A stretch of 64,000 nt of DNA. It comes from Octopus sinensis (lineage: Eukaryota). The notes beneath the pieces were generated by a model. That model saw only the letters and a list, made by a program, of their open reading frames with translations. It ran no database searches and was not told the origin of the DNA. Location: positions 163,184,001 through 163,248,000 of the forward strand of contig NC_042999.1 of NCBI RefSeq assembly GCF_006345805.1, given 5' to 3'. A program made the position numbers and the translations under genes. Positions 63,360 to 64,000 of this stretch are shown one piece after another (the stretch's first letter is position 1; each line of letters opens with the position of its first letter).

Positions 63360-63850
63360 TGGAAGACTATTGTAATACTACCGACTATTTGGTGAACGAG
63401 CGTTATTTTGAGAGCAAGAGATGTAGTAGATAACATTGCTGGAGGTGCAGGTAAAAGAGTCAGTGATGTGGTAGTGCTGGTAGTGGTTGCTGGTAAGAAT
63501 AGTGGTGTTGGAGTGGTAGGAGTAGGTGTGACAGCATTGGTGAGAGCAGGGGAAGGAGCCAGTTTGGGTGCCAGGAGTAGAGAAGAAACAGTAGACCAGA
63601 AGGTCTTGCAGGTTATGGGCGCATTTAAAAGAGAGAAAGGGTGGGTTAGGGAAGAAGTGGGAATTGGAGGGGCCAGACTGGAGTCAAGGGACGGCTCAGA
63701 GAATGGTGTGTTGGAGAGTAGGGTGGAGGGGAGGTTGGTGGGAAAGGGTGGGGTGGGTGTAGGGAAAGAGAACAGAGGCACAGTCAATGGATCGTGCTCA
63801 GGTAAGGGCAGTTTGGATAATGTAGTGAGAAGTGGTAAGCCATGAGTTGA
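63360..63850 (-). mobile_element. PLE RT-endonuclease linker and GIY-YIG N-half, frameshifted
   Basis: An alternative frame reads FKRAHNLQDLLVH...GSFPC...DSFTCTSSNVIY. Confidence 0.55.
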
Positions 63851-64000
63851 GACTGGGTCTCAAAGTTAAGGTCATCACTGCTACGTTCCTAATTAAATAT
63901 ACCTTAAATAAATAAACAAATATATATATATATATAATTCAAATTTACAGAAAACAAAAGATGAAGACAGATGAGGGAACAACAATTAGGTGTATTAGCT

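Noticed and set aside
63408-63845. 145-aa Gly/Val-rich plus-strand ORF and 144-aa Pro/Thr-rich minus-strand ORF
   Set aside because: These are antisense and off-frame readings of a decayed PLE segment.

Overview
AT-rich, microsatellite-rich eukaryotic DNA. The SINE and LINE families look like those of an Octopus genome (recognition only, not a database result). The one host gene I can support is a TESK-family kinase (TESK1/2, Drosophila cdi-like) on the + strand. Eight exons between 6869 and 41496 join in frame through canonical GT-AG introns and give about 534 aa. The N-terminal exons were not found and probably lie upstream of the window. Most of the rest is transposon-derived: tRNA-headed SINEs, RTE and CR1 LINEs, Tc1/mariner, pogo/Tigger, Helitrons, MITEs and many Penelope-like element (PLE) fragments, several with fold-back architecture. 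The most interesting signal is a set of type I hammerhead ribozyme motifs in PLE-type terminal repeats. Different families carry different Watson-Crick versions of the core 3:8 pair: C3:G8 (1241, 58678), U3:A8 (54400/55982, and a second family at 43358/45709) and G3:C8 (30137). All folds were made by eye and no activity is shown.
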